Positions 44,108-55,098 are shown, numbered from the stretch's first letter. The stretch is DNA of 64,000 nt from Akkermansia muciniphila (GCA_945898055.1 CAMDGV010000001.1:18304-82303); one strand, 5' to 3'. Numbers and translations: made by a program. The notes: generated by a model not told the origin, from the sequence alone.

Positions 44108-45664
44108 TCAGGCCGGTTGCAATGCTTGAAGCGCCTCTTCGTCCTGTTGCTCTTGGACAATCCGTTTCTTGAGATGGTACTCAATGACTAGAAGCATTCC
44201 CGCATTTGCACCGAAGAATCGCATAATCATTTCTACATCTCCATGGAGGAAGAGTGTTGTAAAAGCTTGACTCAAAAAATAAGAAGCTATTACGCCAGCA
44301 AATCGACTAAAGGAATCATCCCAATGATTTCTTCGAACTAACCCAATAACACGAAGCGCAAGGATACATCCAAGCAAAATAAATCCGATCATGATAATTG
44401 CGCCAATAACTCCTGTATTAACCAATAATCCAAGAGTCCCGTTATAGAAAACACCCATACCACTATAATACTTTTCTTCTTCTCCCTGCACCATGCCGCG
44501 ACTTAAAATATCAATTGATTCTTGGGTCATCCCGAATCCTCGACCGATTATATAATGGTCAGGAATCATATCTGTACCTATTTTAAAAATATCAGACCGG
44601 CCATCGAGTGTCCCTCTAGCATCCATCGCCACTTGAGGAGACACTTCAAGATTTGGAAGCAAAGTCAAAGCCCTTTGAATAGAATCCGGCAGGTCAGTTG
44701 AAAATGTATATGCAAATAAAATACCTACTCCAACGAGTACAAATATAAAGGTAACTCGCATAAATGTAATAAATCGCTGGGCCCAAGCGACCCCAATTAT
44801 GACGGTTCCTAAAGTATATAATGTATACCGATGACCTGACATTAGACCCGATACAACTAGAATTACCAGAGTAGGAAGTACCCAAATACCTTCGAGAGCA
44901 AACCATCTTTTCATCGGAACTCTGAGCATTAGCAAGAAAACTAACGCAATTGCAAAACTGTGAAGTGATTGAAAACGCCGAAAGCCCCCGGAGACAGCGT
45001 TGACAGCAAATCCGAATGAATCCGAGGTAATATCCAAGAATGCCAAAATATATAACAAGTCACCACGTAAAAAATTAAGTGATAATTCTCCAATAAAAAA
45101 TGTACTAGTTCCCCACATTTGAATCACGAAAAGCTGCTTTAAAATTTTCTCGCTAGGCATGATTGAGATATAGAGCAATGGAAACACAGCGCATATAATT
45201 TGCTGACTGTAACGACGTAACCCAGCCCCTTCTGCTCCGTAAGAACCCGATTGAACACCGTGATGCCGCATCAGAAAAATAAGAATTATGCAGTATAAGA
45301 AAGGGGCAATTAATAAAATTTTATTATTTTGAAATATATTTCCAGCGTCAGCGTTTTGGCGTCTCAAAAGATATAGAATCGGTAATCCGGTCCAAGCCAA
45401 AGCTGAAGCAGCTTCCCAGACTAATGGACGTCCCTTTACAAAAGGAATAATAAAACTTGAACCGATCGTCATTGAAACGAGGAACAGGCTGATTAGCGCA
45501 TGGTGCGGAAGCACAATAGCGAGAATAACCATCATAATTAGGAATGCTGCGAGCATTTGGCTGACTGCCAACAATAATCCAATGATGATGAATGTCGCAG
45601 ACCCCAGCACGACGGCTAGAGCTACTTTTAGTTTGTTATCAATATCAGCTGCTTGAGAATTCAT
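44108..45664 (-). CDS. O-antigen ligase / polymerase (Wzy_C)-like polytopic membrane protein
   Basis: 518 aa with 10 or more TM spans, a large loop containing SGHRYTL and a later IIGRGFG segment as in O-antigen ligase family proteins. It is visibly AT-rich. Confidence 0.5.
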   Translation of the reverse strand: MNSQAADIDNKLKVALAVVLGSATFIIIGLLLAVSQMLAAFLIMMVILAIVLPHHALISLFLVSMTIGSSFIIPFVKGRPLVWEAASALAWTGLPILYLLRRQNADAGNIFQNNKILLIAPFLYCIILIFLMRHHGVQSGSYGAEGAGLRRYSQQIICAVFPLLYISIMPSEKILKQLFVIQMWGTSTFFIGELSLNFLRGDLLYILAFLDITSDSFGFAVNAVSGGFRRFQSLHSFAIALVFLLMLRVPMKRWFALEGIWVLPTLVILVVSGLMSGHRYTLYTLGTVIIGVAWAQRFITFMRVTFIFVLVGVGILFAYTFSTDLPDSIQRALTLLPNLEVSPQVAMDARGTLDGRSDIFKIGTDMIPDHYIIGRGFGMTQESIDILSRGMVQGEEEKYYSGMGVFYNGTLGLLVNTGVIGAIIMIGFILLGCILALRVIGLVRRNHWDDSFSRFAGVIASYFLSQAFTTLFLHGDVEMIMRFFGANAGMLLVIEYHLKKRIVQEQQDEEALQALQPA

Positions 45665-46230
45665 TGGGTCCTTCAGTCTATCTAAACTAATTCAGTGACT
45701 CGCCAAAAACTACCGACACTTCTCTTTATGTTTCAGACTCAGCTAACATCTTTGTTGATTCACCTCGCACAAAGGCTCGATTAAATCCTCCTAGGTTCAC
45801 CTTTAATATCGGGCGTGGTGCAGTCATTTCCGAATTTCACTCGGGGCGAAACCCCAGTGACCTATTCAACCGGAGACGCAGGAAGAGTAAGCTGTCCGCA
45901 ATCACACGTTCAAGGTTGAGATCTGTAAAAGAGCTTTTTCCTGGGCTCAAAGTGCAAATCTTCGTCAGGAAAAGCCCTCAATCGCGATCGCGCTGACGCG
46001 ATTGATAAGTCCATCGGTAGCATTGGGTAGATCGAGTAAGAATGCCCGCTAGAGCCTTGATTGCGAGAGGGGTATTTGAAATGAAAGTCGAAGGGCAGTA
46101 AATTCTAGAGCTGGTTTTCTAACCTCGGAACTTTGGCGAATAAGGGGACAAATTCACTCGGGTCAGATCGCAAACCAGTACCCCTTGATTGACAGGCGAT
46201 CGTTCCGCTGATACCGAAAGGTCTTACTCC

Positions 46231-47637
46231 ATGAAGGCCATCTCTCATTTTACAAATTCTGGCATTAGTCGACGCGGCTTTTTACGCGCCGGCGCGACTG
46301 CGACAGCCAGCACCTTCGCTTTTCCTTATATTGGACAGGTCTTGGGTGCCAACGAACGAATTCAAGTCGCCTGCATCGGCGTGGGTGGTAAAGGGTCGAG
46401 TGATACCGATGATGCAGCCCGGTGCGGAGGTACGATTGTCGGTCTGTGTGATGTGGATACCCAAACCCTTGACAAGAAAGGCGAGAAGTTTCCCAAGGCA
46501 CGAAAATTCCAAGATTTCCGGAAAATGCTTGGAGAAATGGGGTCATCTATCGACGCGGTCACGATTTCGACACCGGACCATCTGCACGGCATCGTCGCGG
46601 CCACGGCAATGCGCATGGGCAAACATATTTACTGCCAGAAGCCACTCACCCAAACAGTCCACGAAGCTCGGTTACTCCGGCAATTAGCTAAAGACGGAAA
46701 ATTGGCCACCCAAATGGGAAATCAAGGGAGTGCGGGGAGTGGTCTGCGGCGGGCGGTGGAGGTCATTCAATCCGGAGTTTTAGGTAAAGTAACGGAGCTT
46801 CACGTGTGGTCCAACCGTCCGGTCTGGCCGCAGGGATTATCGAGGCCTGTAGGTCAAGATTCAGTCCCTGCTAACCTCGATTGGGACTTATGGCTAGGGC
46901 CGGCCCAGTTGCGCCCCTATAAGAAAGGCGTTTACCATACTTTCGCTTGGCGGGGTTGGAATGATTTTGGGACCGGGGCTCTTGGCGATATGGCTTGTCA
47001 CACGGTGAACATGGCCTTCAGGGCATTGAAACTTGGGTACCCGACCCGTGTGGTGGCAGAACTGACTTCTGAGATGTTTCCCGAGACCTTTGCTAAAACA
47101 TCTCGACTTCGCTTTGAATTCCCTGAACGCGAAGGGTTGCCTCCTCTGAAGTTTTGGTGGTACGACGGCAATCCGACCGACAAGGATCTGGCACCGCTCC
47201 GGCCTTCGACCGATTTAACTCGGGAAATTGTCTCGCTCAAAGGCTCCTTGCCGGCCAGCGGTTGTTTGCTCGTTGGCGACCGTGGAAAACTTTTTTCACC
47301 GGACGATTATGGGTCGCAATTCTTTCTGATGGTAGACGGGGAGAAGGTCTATCAACCAGGGGACAAGCATGAAGCCGCCCTCGCGGTGAAGGAATGGATT
47401 CCGCGTTCCCCCGGGCACAACGAGGAGTGGTTCCGAATGATGCGAGACGGGACACCAGCCTATTCCAACTTTGATATCGCGGCCTATTTGACTGAAATCA
47501 TCTTGCTGGGTTGTATTGCGGTGCGGGTCGGCGAAGGCAAAGTGATGGACTGGGATGGACCTAATATGCGTTCCACAAATTTAAAGGAAGCCGCCCAATT
47601 TGTGAAACGTCAGAACCGAAACGGTTGGGACATTTAA
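46231..47637 (+). CDS. Tat-exported Gfo/Idh/MocA-family oxidoreductase
   Basis: SRRGFLRAGATATAS twin-arginine signal and IQVACIGVGGKGSSD Rossmann motif. I took the start at Met15 of the tracked ORF. Confidence 0.8.
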   Translation: MKAISHFTNSGISRRGFLRAGATATASTFAFPYIGQVLGANERIQVACIGVGGKGSSDTDDAARCGGTIVGLCDVDTQTLDKKGEKFPKARKFQDFRKMLGEMGSSIDAVTISTPDHLHGIVAATAMRMGKHIYCQKPLTQTVHEARLLRQLAKDGKLATQMGNQGSAGSGLRRAVEVIQSGVLGKVTELHVWSNRPVWPQGLSRPVGQDSVPANLDWDLWLGPAQLRPYKKGVYHTFAWRGWNDFGTGALGDMACHTVNMAFRALKLGYPTRVVAELTSEMFPETFAKTSRLRFEFPEREGLPPLKFWWYDGNPTDKDLAPLRPSTDLTREIVSLKGSLPASGCLLVGDRGKLFSPDDYGSQFFLMVDGEKVYQPGDKHEAALAVKEWIPRSPGHNEEWFRMMRDGTPAYSNFDIAAYLTEIILLGCIAVRVGEGKVMDWDGPNMRSTNLKEAAQFVKRQNRNGWDI

Positions 47638-47697
47638 TCTCCAGCAAGACCGTTTCGTGCCAGATTTGAGGTTTTGCCAAATCAACTTATTAACCCC

Positions 47698-49137
47698 ATG
47701 TCTTTTTTTCGCTCCCGAATGGTGCCGTGTCGTGGCCCAGTATCGCGTCGAAGTTTTCTGGAGGTAGGAGCCTTGAGTGCAGTGGGCTTAGGGTTGAGTG
47801 ATTTTTTGAGACTCAAAGCACTGGCTAGTACACCTGCGACCGCCGCACCTAATCGAGATGCGGCGGTTATCTTCGTTTGGTTACCAGGAGGCCCTTCGCA
47901 ACTAGACACCTACGATATGAAACCGGATGCTCCGGTGGAAATCCGGGGTGACTTCCGACCGATACGGACAGTAGTGCCTGGGATGGACATCTGTGAACTC
48001 TTCTCGCGTCAGGCTCGAGTCGCCGATCGTTTCACACTAGTACGCTCCGTTTGCCATGAGTTTGCCGATCACGGCGGTGCTCACAAACGTTTTATGACCG
48101 GGCGAATTCCGGCTACCCCCACGGAGTTCGTTAATGACGCCCCAGCGGTGACCGCGATTGTCAGTAACGCACTGGAGACCCGCCAACGGAACGGTATTCC
48201 GGCCTGTATTGCCGGGGTCGATGCGGGTCGGAGTGGGGTAGATGTTTTCAGTTTAGGCTCGTCCTATCTGGGAAGTTCACACACCCCTTTTATGGTGGTC
48301 GGCGATCCGAGTGCCTCAGGATTCAAGGTCGAGAACCTCGGGTTAACTCCGGACATGGCCACGCGATTAGAGGACCGAGTGCATCTACTTTCGGGAATGG
48401 ATCGTCTTCGCCGCGATCTGGACGGAAGCGGGCTAATGACCTCGATGGACCGATTTAGTCAGCGGGCAGTCTCTATGCTGACGAGTTCGGAGGTGCGAAA
48501 CGCTTTTGATCTTCAGCAGGAAAGTCAAACAACCCGAGATCGATATGGATGGAATGCCTACGGTCAGAGAGGCTTAATGGCCCGACGATTGGTCGAGGCA
48601 GGTTGCCCGTTTGTGACGATGGTCTGGGAGAATCCGTTTCCTGATCGACCGATCCCAGCCGGGTGCACTTACAATTGGGATTCACACGCGGTTAATTGCC
48701 ATATCTTCGAGGATTCAAAATGGCGATTTCCAGCCTATGATCAAGCCGTTGCGTCGTTGATTGAAGATATCTATGACCGAGGGTTGGATAAGAGGGTGTT
48801 GCTGGTCGTGACGGGTGAATTTGGGCGAACTCCGCGCTTGGAACGAACCAAGGGAAGCCAGACCGGCCTTCTCCAGCCCGGCCGCGATCATTGGCCGCAG
48901 GCGATGTCGTTCTTGGTCGCAGGCGGAGGGATGCGAACTGGACAAATCGTTGGTGCAACTAATGCTCGGGCCGAACATCCGGTGGAGCGTATTCTTAGCC
49001 CCAACGATCTGTGGGCGACAGTCTATCGTCACTTAGGAATTGATGCCTCGGAATCGATTCTCGATCTTGCAGGGCGGCCTATGCCTATCTTGCCCTTCGG
49101 TAAACCCATCGAAGAATTGCTTCCATCGGCTTCTTGA
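47698..49137 (+). CDS. DUF1501 domain protein (sulfatase-fold, Tat signal)
   Basis: SRRSFLEVGALSAVGLG signal and the TGEFGRTP and NWDSHA segments characteristic of DUF1501. Confidence 0.8.
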   Translation: MSFFRSRMVPCRGPVSRRSFLEVGALSAVGLGLSDFLRLKALASTPATAAPNRDAAVIFVWLPGGPSQLDTYDMKPDAPVEIRGDFRPIRTVVPGMDICELFSRQARVADRFTLVRSVCHEFADHGGAHKRFMTGRIPATPTEFVNDAPAVTAIVSNALETRQRNGIPACIAGVDAGRSGVDVFSLGSSYLGSSHTPFMVVGDPSASGFKVENLGLTPDMATRLEDRVHLLSGMDRLRRDLDGSGLMTSMDRFSQRAVSMLTSSEVRNAFDLQQESQTTRDRYGWNAYGQRGLMARRLVEAGCPFVTMVWENPFPDRPIPAGCTYNWDSHAVNCHIFEDSKWRFPAYDQAVASLIEDIYDRGLDKRVLLVVTGEFGRTPRLERTKGSQTGLLQPGRDHWPQAMSFLVAGGGMRTGQIVGATNARAEHPVERILSPNDLWATVYRHLGIDASESILDLAGRPMPILPFGKPIEELLPSAS

Positions 49138-49462
49138 AGCGTCGAAGCGTAGGAGAGAGGTAAGCGCTTTTAAGGGCCTGCCGCAGTGGGATTCGGGTCG
49201 GCCAATTGCGAATGAATTCAATAGCTTCGTTAACCTGTTCCATCGCCAATGTGCGGAGCCAAGTAGGGTAACCCCCGGACGAAAGGGAACTAAAGTTCAA
49301 CCGCTTAGGTGCATAAGGACTCAAGGACTCAAGGACGGCGCCATGGATCGATACGCCCTACCGACCCACCTCCAACTACGAAATTCAGTCAATAAAAGTC
49401 AGTTGTACCAGCGAGATTGTCTTCGCTTGCCACACTGATGTACTCTCGCAGAGAAGGTTCTC

Positions 49463-51280
49463 ATGCTCATTTTTCTGCGTCAATTATGGATGTTTGTCCG
49501 CGTTCACCGTGGCCGGTTGTTTGCTGGGTTAGCTGCTGGGCTGATTTATGCGCTGGGTAGCGCCCTATTGCTCCTTTCGGTCAAACTCGTTTTCGACGCC
49601 ATTTTTCCTACGGAGGGAGCTCAAAACTTGAATGGTGCCTTGGCCCGATACCCTAGATTCGCCCGTGATTTACTGATGAATGCCCTCTCCGGAATCCGTA
49701 ATCAAAAAGAGGCATCGGCCCTCATTTGGGTGATCGCAGGGGTTCCCTTTGCGATGATGCTTCGAGGGCTCGGAGCTTATCTCAGCGTCTACTGCATGAC
49801 TTGGGTCGCAACCGCCACAATTCATGACCTGCGCTCGCGTTTATTTGGGCATTTGCAGCAATTATCTCTCGGCTTCTTTGGTTCAGCTCGGACCGGCGAT
49901 CTGCAGTCTCGTCTCATGAACGACACCGTGGCGATTCAAGGCTGCATTGGTCAGGGATTTGCTGTCATCGCCCGAGAACCCGCAACGCTCTTGGGTATTT
50001 TGCTCTTTTTGGTTTCCGTCCAGACTCGACTGACCCTCGTCGCCTTGGTGGTCTTTCCGATAGTTGTTGTGCCTATCGTTATTTACGGACGTAAAGTGCG
50101 CCGTTCATGGAAGGCCGCCCAAGCTCATACTGCGGAACTAACTGATTTGATGCAGGAGAGTTTCACTGGAATGAGAGTGATCAAAGCTTTCAACCTTGAA
50201 ACGGTGATGACCGATCGGTTTATTTGCACATCTCGACGTATCACCTCCCAGTTGATGCGGTTTCTTCGGAGCAGCGAGTTACCGGGACCCATGATTGAGA
50301 CCTTTGGTGCTGCGGGCGTCAGCCTGATGCTCTTCTATGTGGTGCGTTTACCTGCCAGTGAAAGGCCCTCCGTCGGCGACTTCACTTCCTTTGTTGGCGC
50401 CCTGTTTTCACTTTATCAACCGGTTAAAAACATCAGCCGTCTATGGAGTCAGTTACAACAAGGACGTGCCGCCGGCGAGCGGCTTTTTCCATTACTTGAA
50501 ATTCAACCGGATATTCAAGAACCGGCTGAACCGAAACCGCTTAATGCCCAGAATGCAGCAATTTACTTTGAAAAAGTCTCTTTTGCTTATGAGGAAAAAG
50601 ACGTGGTGTGTGGGTTTGATCTAGTAATTGCTCCTGGGAGCCTTGTGGCACTGGTCGGGGCTAGTGGTTCTGGTAAGACCACCATCACTAATCTCCTGCT
50701 ACGATTTCAGGATCCGTCCCAGGGTAAGATCCGCATCGGCGACCGAGATCTTCGAGAAGTCACCACCGGCACTCTTCGGTCGCAAATGGCCATTGTGACT
50801 CAGGATACCCAGCTCTTTAACGATACTATTCGGGCTAACATTCGGATGGGGCGTCTCGATGCGACTGACGGCGAAGTCGAGACGGCGGCGCGGTATGCTA
50901 ACGCGCACGAGTTTATTCTAGCGAGATCGGGCGGCTACGAGGCCAATGTCGGGGAACGAGGCTCGGGATTATCTGGCGGGCAACGTCAACGTATCTCCAT
51001 TGCGCGTGCTCTTTTGCGCAACGCGCCGATTCTAATTCTCGATGAAGCGACGAGCGCTCTCGACAGCGAATCTGAACGCGCGGTGCAAACGGATCTAGAG
51101 GTGCTGATGCGAGGGCGCACGACGCTTTGCATTGCTCATCGATTGTCCACTATTCAAAGAGCGAATCGGATTGTGGTTATGGATGCAGGCCGGATTATAG
51201 AGCAGGGAACACATTTAGAGTTACTGACCCGTGGAGGTCATTATGCGCGGTTGTATGCCCTTCAGTTTGGGGATGCCTAA
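49463..51280 (+). CDS. ABC transporter permease/ATPase fusion (MsbA-like exporter)
   Basis: Six-TM N-terminal domain, Walker A GASGSGKTT, signature LSGGQRQR and Walker B ILILDEATSALD. Confidence 0.85.
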   Translation: MLIFLRQLWMFVRVHRGRLFAGLAAGLIYALGSALLLLSVKLVFDAIFPTEGAQNLNGALARYPRFARDLLMNALSGIRNQKEASALIWVIAGVPFAMMLRGLGAYLSVYCMTWVATATIHDLRSRLFGHLQQLSLGFFGSARTGDLQSRLMNDTVAIQGCIGQGFAVIAREPATLLGILLFLVSVQTRLTLVALVVFPIVVVPIVIYGRKVRRSWKAAQAHTAELTDLMQESFTGMRVIKAFNLETVMTDRFICTSRRITSQLMRFLRSSELPGPMIETFGAAGVSLMLFYVVRLPASERPSVGDFTSFVGALFSLYQPVKNISRLWSQLQQGRAAGERLFPLLEIQPDIQEPAEPKPLNAQNAAIYFEKVSFAYEEKDVVCGFDLVIAPGSLVALVGASGSGKTTITNLLLRFQDPSQGKIRIGDRDLREVTTGTLRSQMAIVTQDTQLFNDTIRANIRMGRLDATDGEVETAARYANAHEFILARSGGYEANVGERGSGLSGGQRQRISIARALLRNAPILILDEATSALDSESERAVQTDLEVLMRGRTTLCIAHRLSTIQRANRIVVMDAGRIIEQGTHLELLTRGGHYARLYALQFGDA

Positions 51281-51534
51281 TCAAAGGTCGACGCCTCTAA
51301 TCGAGGCGGTGAATTTTGAGAGAGTTCATCTGTTCCACCAAGTTGATCACCGAATGTTGACTCTAGGATTCTCGAGTAAAGCGACCGATAGAATTAGGAA
51401 GGATCGAGGGACGGTTCCCCGAGGATGCCCGAAGTCGGTTTGGGATCACCCGACGGGATGACCAGCGGTTGCTGCGTGGCCGGTTGGCTGATTCTGCTTG
51501 CTCGCATTGGCTCTATTGACTTGGAATCTAGTCC

Positions 51535-52314
51535 TTGAAGTCTGCCCAACCTAGCCATCTCGATCATGTCCGTGACGATACGGCGTATGCTGAAATTTTA
51601 GCGAATTGGGATGCGGCCTTCTACGCTAAATTTACTGCTGCGATTCGCCCCGCCCAAAAGGAACAACGAATTTTAGATATTGGCTGTGGGGTCGGGCAAG
51701 TTGTAGCCACACTAACTTTGGAAGGATTTGAAGCCCATGGCGTGGATGTTTCGGCACCTAACATTGCGAAGACCCATTCTTTTACTGACCGATGCCTCCT
51801 CTACGATGGCGGAAGATTACCTTATCCCGATGGATATTTTCATCGGGTGGGGGCGTTGAATGTGGTCGAACATGTCCAAGATCCTGAGGACTTCATTCGC
51901 GAAGCGGTCCGCGTCTGTGCTCTTGGAGGGCAGGTGATTCTGAGTAGTCCAAATTTCTTGAGATTTTTAGGCTGGCGCGATTACCACCCTCGGATGCGTG
52001 GAATACCCCAAAAATGGCGGAACTTGCTGTCACTTCTAGCGCGTCGATCTCGGATGCGCACTCAGCCAGAGAGTGTTCGTTTTGAACGAATGAGTCCGAT
52101 TATTAAAGAGCCATTTACGCCCGATGACGATGCGATTGTCTGCACCAATGCCTTGGATATTGCCTTCTTTTTGGAAAGGTATGGTTGTGATCTTTTGGAG
52201 GTGGCCTGCACGGATCGGAGTGTGCCAGCGATCGCTGACTGGCTATTGAATTTAACTCCGTTGAAGTACGGATTATTTAACGCCTGGGTAATAGCCCATA
52301 GGCGTGTTCGCTAA
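51535..52314 (+). CDS. class I SAM-dependent methyltransferase
   Basis: ILDIGCGVGQ motif I and the later ALNVVEHV segment. TTG start as tracked. Confidence 0.7.
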   Translation: MKSAQPSHLDHVRDDTAYAEILANWDAAFYAKFTAAIRPAQKEQRILDIGCGVGQVVATLTLEGFEAHGVDVSAPNIAKTHSFTDRCLLYDGGRLPYPDGYFHRVGALNVVEHVQDPEDFIREAVRVCALGGQVILSSPNFLRFLGWRDYHPRMRGIPQKWRNLLSLLARRSRMRTQPESVRFERMSPIIKEPFTPDDDAIVCTNALDIAFFLERYGCDLLEVACTDRSVPAIADWLLNLTPLKYGLFNAWVIAHRRVR

Positions 52315-52338
52315 TTGGCCTCAAGCCGTTCCAATCCC

Positions 52339-53712
52339 TCAGGCGGTCAGGTAATCGCGAGGATCAGCAATATGCCCCGCGAGAGCACTGGCCGCGACGG
52401 TGGCGGGTGAGGCTAGAAAAACTTGGCTCTCTTTGTGCCCCATCCGACCTGGGAAATTTCGGTTGGTAGCGCTAATACATTTCATCGGCGTATTCATTCG
52501 GCCAAAGGTATCGACAGGACCGCCTAAGCAAGCGGAACATCCTGCATTTTCGGTCATTTGGACACCGGCTGCGATCAGAATATCCCAAATGGTCTGCCCG
52601 CCCCAACGGGTGGATTGTAAATCGTGGACAATTTCCGGGGTGGCAGGGACTCCGAAAGTGTCGATGACGACCCGGCGGCCGCGCAGGATTCTGGCGAACT
52701 CAACAAAGTCGCTGGTCTTACCTCCGGTACAGGATCCCATGTAGGCACGATCGAGTTTCACCGATGCTAACTCCCTCGCACTCTTCCTCTGACCCGGATC
52801 AGGATGGCAGGCCACCGTGGGTTGAAGCTTGGAAAGATCAATCGTCTGATCAAAACAGAAGGCTTGATCGGTATCTTCTTCCACCGGTTCGTACTTCTGG
52901 ATCGTGCCGTTGAGTCGTGTCCGTGCATCCACATATTCCGCCGTACGCGCGTCGAATGGGAAAATTCCATTCTTGCCACCGGCTTCGATAGCCATGTTGG
53001 CAATGGTCATACGGTCATCCATGGAAAGGGTCGTCACCCCGGGACCATCAAATTGCAAGGCTCGGTAGGTCGCACCGTCGAAACCGATTTCGCCAATCAG
53101 GTGTAGGATAACGTCCTTGGCCATAACTCCGGGTTGCAGGCGTCCTTCAAAGCGGAAACGCATCGTTTCTGGGATTTTGATCAGGAGCTTCCCTGTGCCG
53201 AGCACAAATCCGGCGTCGGTGTTGCCAATGCCCGTAGCAAATTGGTTGAACGCTCCAGCCATGCAGGTATGGGAATCCGTACCGAAGAGGACTTCGCCCG
53301 GTCGGGTATGGCCCTTTTGGGGAAGGGCGGTGTGGCAGACGCCTGCATACTGGGATCCATATTGCCGTTTTAGTAGTCCCTTAGTCGTATCAAACTTCCA
53401 AGACCCTTCCGGATCGTCAATCACATCATAAAAATAGGGAATTTGCTGTTCGCGAACGAAATCACGCAGAATATCCACATTGCGGTTTGACTTGGAATCG
53501 GCGGTGAAAATGTAGTGGTCAGGAATAATCACCACACGATTCCGGTCCCAGACCTTGGCGGTCGTTCCAAACTCTCGCTTGAACACCCCGATTGTCCCAG
53601 GGCCGCAAACATCATGGGTCATTAAGACGTCCGCGTTGATCCAGACGTTTTCTCCAGCGGTCACACGGGCTTTGCCTGCCGCGCGGGCAAGCAGTTTTTC
53701 AGTTAGCGTCAT
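52339..53712 (-). CDS. aconitase-family dehydratase large subunit (3-isopropylmalate dehydratase / homoaconitase type)
   Basis: MTLTEKLLARAAG...LMTHDV..., GTDSHTCMAGA and MGSCTGG cluster ligand regions. No small-subunit gene is adjacent. Confidence 0.8.
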   Translation of the reverse strand: MTLTEKLLARAAGKARVTAGENVWINADVLMTHDVCGPGTIGVFKREFGTTAKVWDRNRVVIIPDHYIFTADSKSNRNVDILRDFVREQQIPYFYDVIDDPEGSWKFDTTKGLLKRQYGSQYAGVCHTALPQKGHTRPGEVLFGTDSHTCMAGAFNQFATGIGNTDAGFVLGTGKLLIKIPETMRFRFEGRLQPGVMAKDVILHLIGEIGFDGATYRALQFDGPGVTTLSMDDRMTIANMAIEAGGKNGIFPFDARTAEYVDARTRLNGTIQKYEPVEEDTDQAFCFDQTIDLSKLQPTVACHPDPGQRKSARELASVKLDRAYMGSCTGGKTSDFVEFARILRGRRVVIDTFGVPATPEIVHDLQSTRWGGQTIWDILIAAGVQMTENAGCSACLGGPVDTFGRMNTPMKCISATNRNFPGRMGHKESQVFLASPATVAASALAGHIADPRDYLTA

Positions 53713-53789
53713 AAAAGCGTTGCGAGAGTCTAGCGGCTTTCGACCGCTGGGTGCAATCCGGAGTTGGAATCTCTGTGTGGTCTCTTATT

Positions 53790-54473
53790 TCACTGGGCCA
53801 ACTTAACTTTCAATGATGTCAGTAATCGGTCTAATTCTTTCTCGAATCTTACCGGGATCCGACCCGAGAGGGTCGAGGAGGATACTCTGGGGAAGTGAAA
53901 AAGTCGGTCTTCTCCGAGTTCGTCCTGTAGAAAATTGAGATTATGCTGGTAGGATGAATCACGTTGCAGAGGTGCCATTAAAAGAACCGGGGCACCCCCC
54001 TTTCGTTTAAGTGCCGCATTGGCCAAAGCTGAGCGGACATCATGGATCACACCCAAGCGATTAACGGAGACGAGCACTGGGTACGCTTTCAGTGCTTTAA
54101 TCAGTTCTGGGGCGTCTCCGTCGCTCGCCAGCGGACTAAGGAGTCCTCCGGCAGCCTCGACTAAAGTAACCGCCGCTGTCCCGGTGTGAATTCGAACGTG
54201 GGTTGCTATCTCGTGAATACAAAGAGAACATCCGGCCAGTCGTGCGGCTATGGCTGGGGCTAAGGGGTGGCGAAAATACCAAGGGTTAATAATATCGACA
54301 GGCACGGAACCTAGAGCCTTAGCCAAATTCAAGGCATCGGAGCGCTCGCCGCTGCAAAGGGGTTTAAAGGCAGCAACCGTCATTCCTCGCGCTTTGAGGT
54401 GTCGAACAAAGAGGGTCGTTAAAACGGTTTTCCCGACATTTGTTCCAGTCCCAGTGACGACAATCACATGCAT
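53790..54473 (-). CDS. bioD: dethiobiotin synthase
   Basis: VVTGTGTNVGKTV P-loop, with size and pattern typical of BioD. Confidence 0.8.
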   Translation of the reverse strand: MHVIVVTGTGTNVGKTVLTTLFVRHLKARGMTVAAFKPLCSGERSDALNLAKALGSVPVDIINPWYFRHPLAPAIAARLAGCSLCIHEIATHVRIHTGTAAVTLVEAAGGLLSPLASDGDAPELIKALKAYPVLVSVNRLGVIHDVRSALANAALKRKGGAPVLLMAPLQRDSSYQHNLNFLQDELGEDRLFHFPRVSSSTLSGRIPVRFEKELDRLLTSLKVKLAQ

Positions 54474-54630
54474 CTAAGGGAGAAGGCTGGCGGTAAGCGG
54501 ATCCGTCGGCTAGAAAAGATATTTTGCTCGAGGTTCGATCGTTCCGTCCATTGGGTCCGGTTCGATAGCTCCGACTGCACCAAACTATATCTTGAAACTC
54601 ACTCCTCTGAAAGATATCTACCTTCAACGA

Positions 54631-55098
54631 ATGAAGCCTGATCCGTTGAAGCAATTTGTTACACTTTTGGAAACTCTTCTCGCCGAGAAAACGGCCTTAG
54701 AGGAACGTTTGGAACAAATCAATCAAGCCCTCGGCATTTCAGTCTCTGAATTGACCCAGCAAGAAGTTCTGCCTCAGGCCCTCAAGGCTGGTCGTTCGAA
54801 GAAGCCTTCGGTTTCCAAGGCGAAAAGGGCAAAAACCGGCGAAATTGGTAAGGAACCGAAGATTGCAAAAACCTCGCAGGCTAGCAAACGCCGGAGCAAT
54901 GACGGTCGTTCTTTGAAGCAGATTGTGATTGACCTTCTTACGGAGAAAACAAGCCTAACTCGGCAGGGAATTCTTCAAGCCGTGATAGAAGGCGGATACA
55001 AGTTTTCCGCAGCGGATCCACTTAATTCCCTGAGTACCCTGATTTATAGCAATCGCAGAATCTTCAGTGCCAAGAAGGGCTCTATTTCTTTGGTTTAA
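54631..55098 (+). CDS. small Lys-rich protein with a C-terminal HARE-HTH / winged-helix-like domain
   Basis: ATG at 54631 (MKPDPLKQF...). It has a coiled-coil-like N-terminus, a basic linker ([35 protein letters not shown]), and then [58 protein letters not shown]. Confidence 0.5.
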   Translation: MKPDPLKQFVTLLETLLAEKTALEERLEQINQALGISVSELTQQEVLPQALKAGRSKKPSVSKAKRAKTGEIGKEPKIAKTSQASKRRSNDGRSLKQIVIDLLTEKTSLTRQGILQAVIEGGYKFSAADPLNSLSTLIYSNRRIFSAKKGSISLV

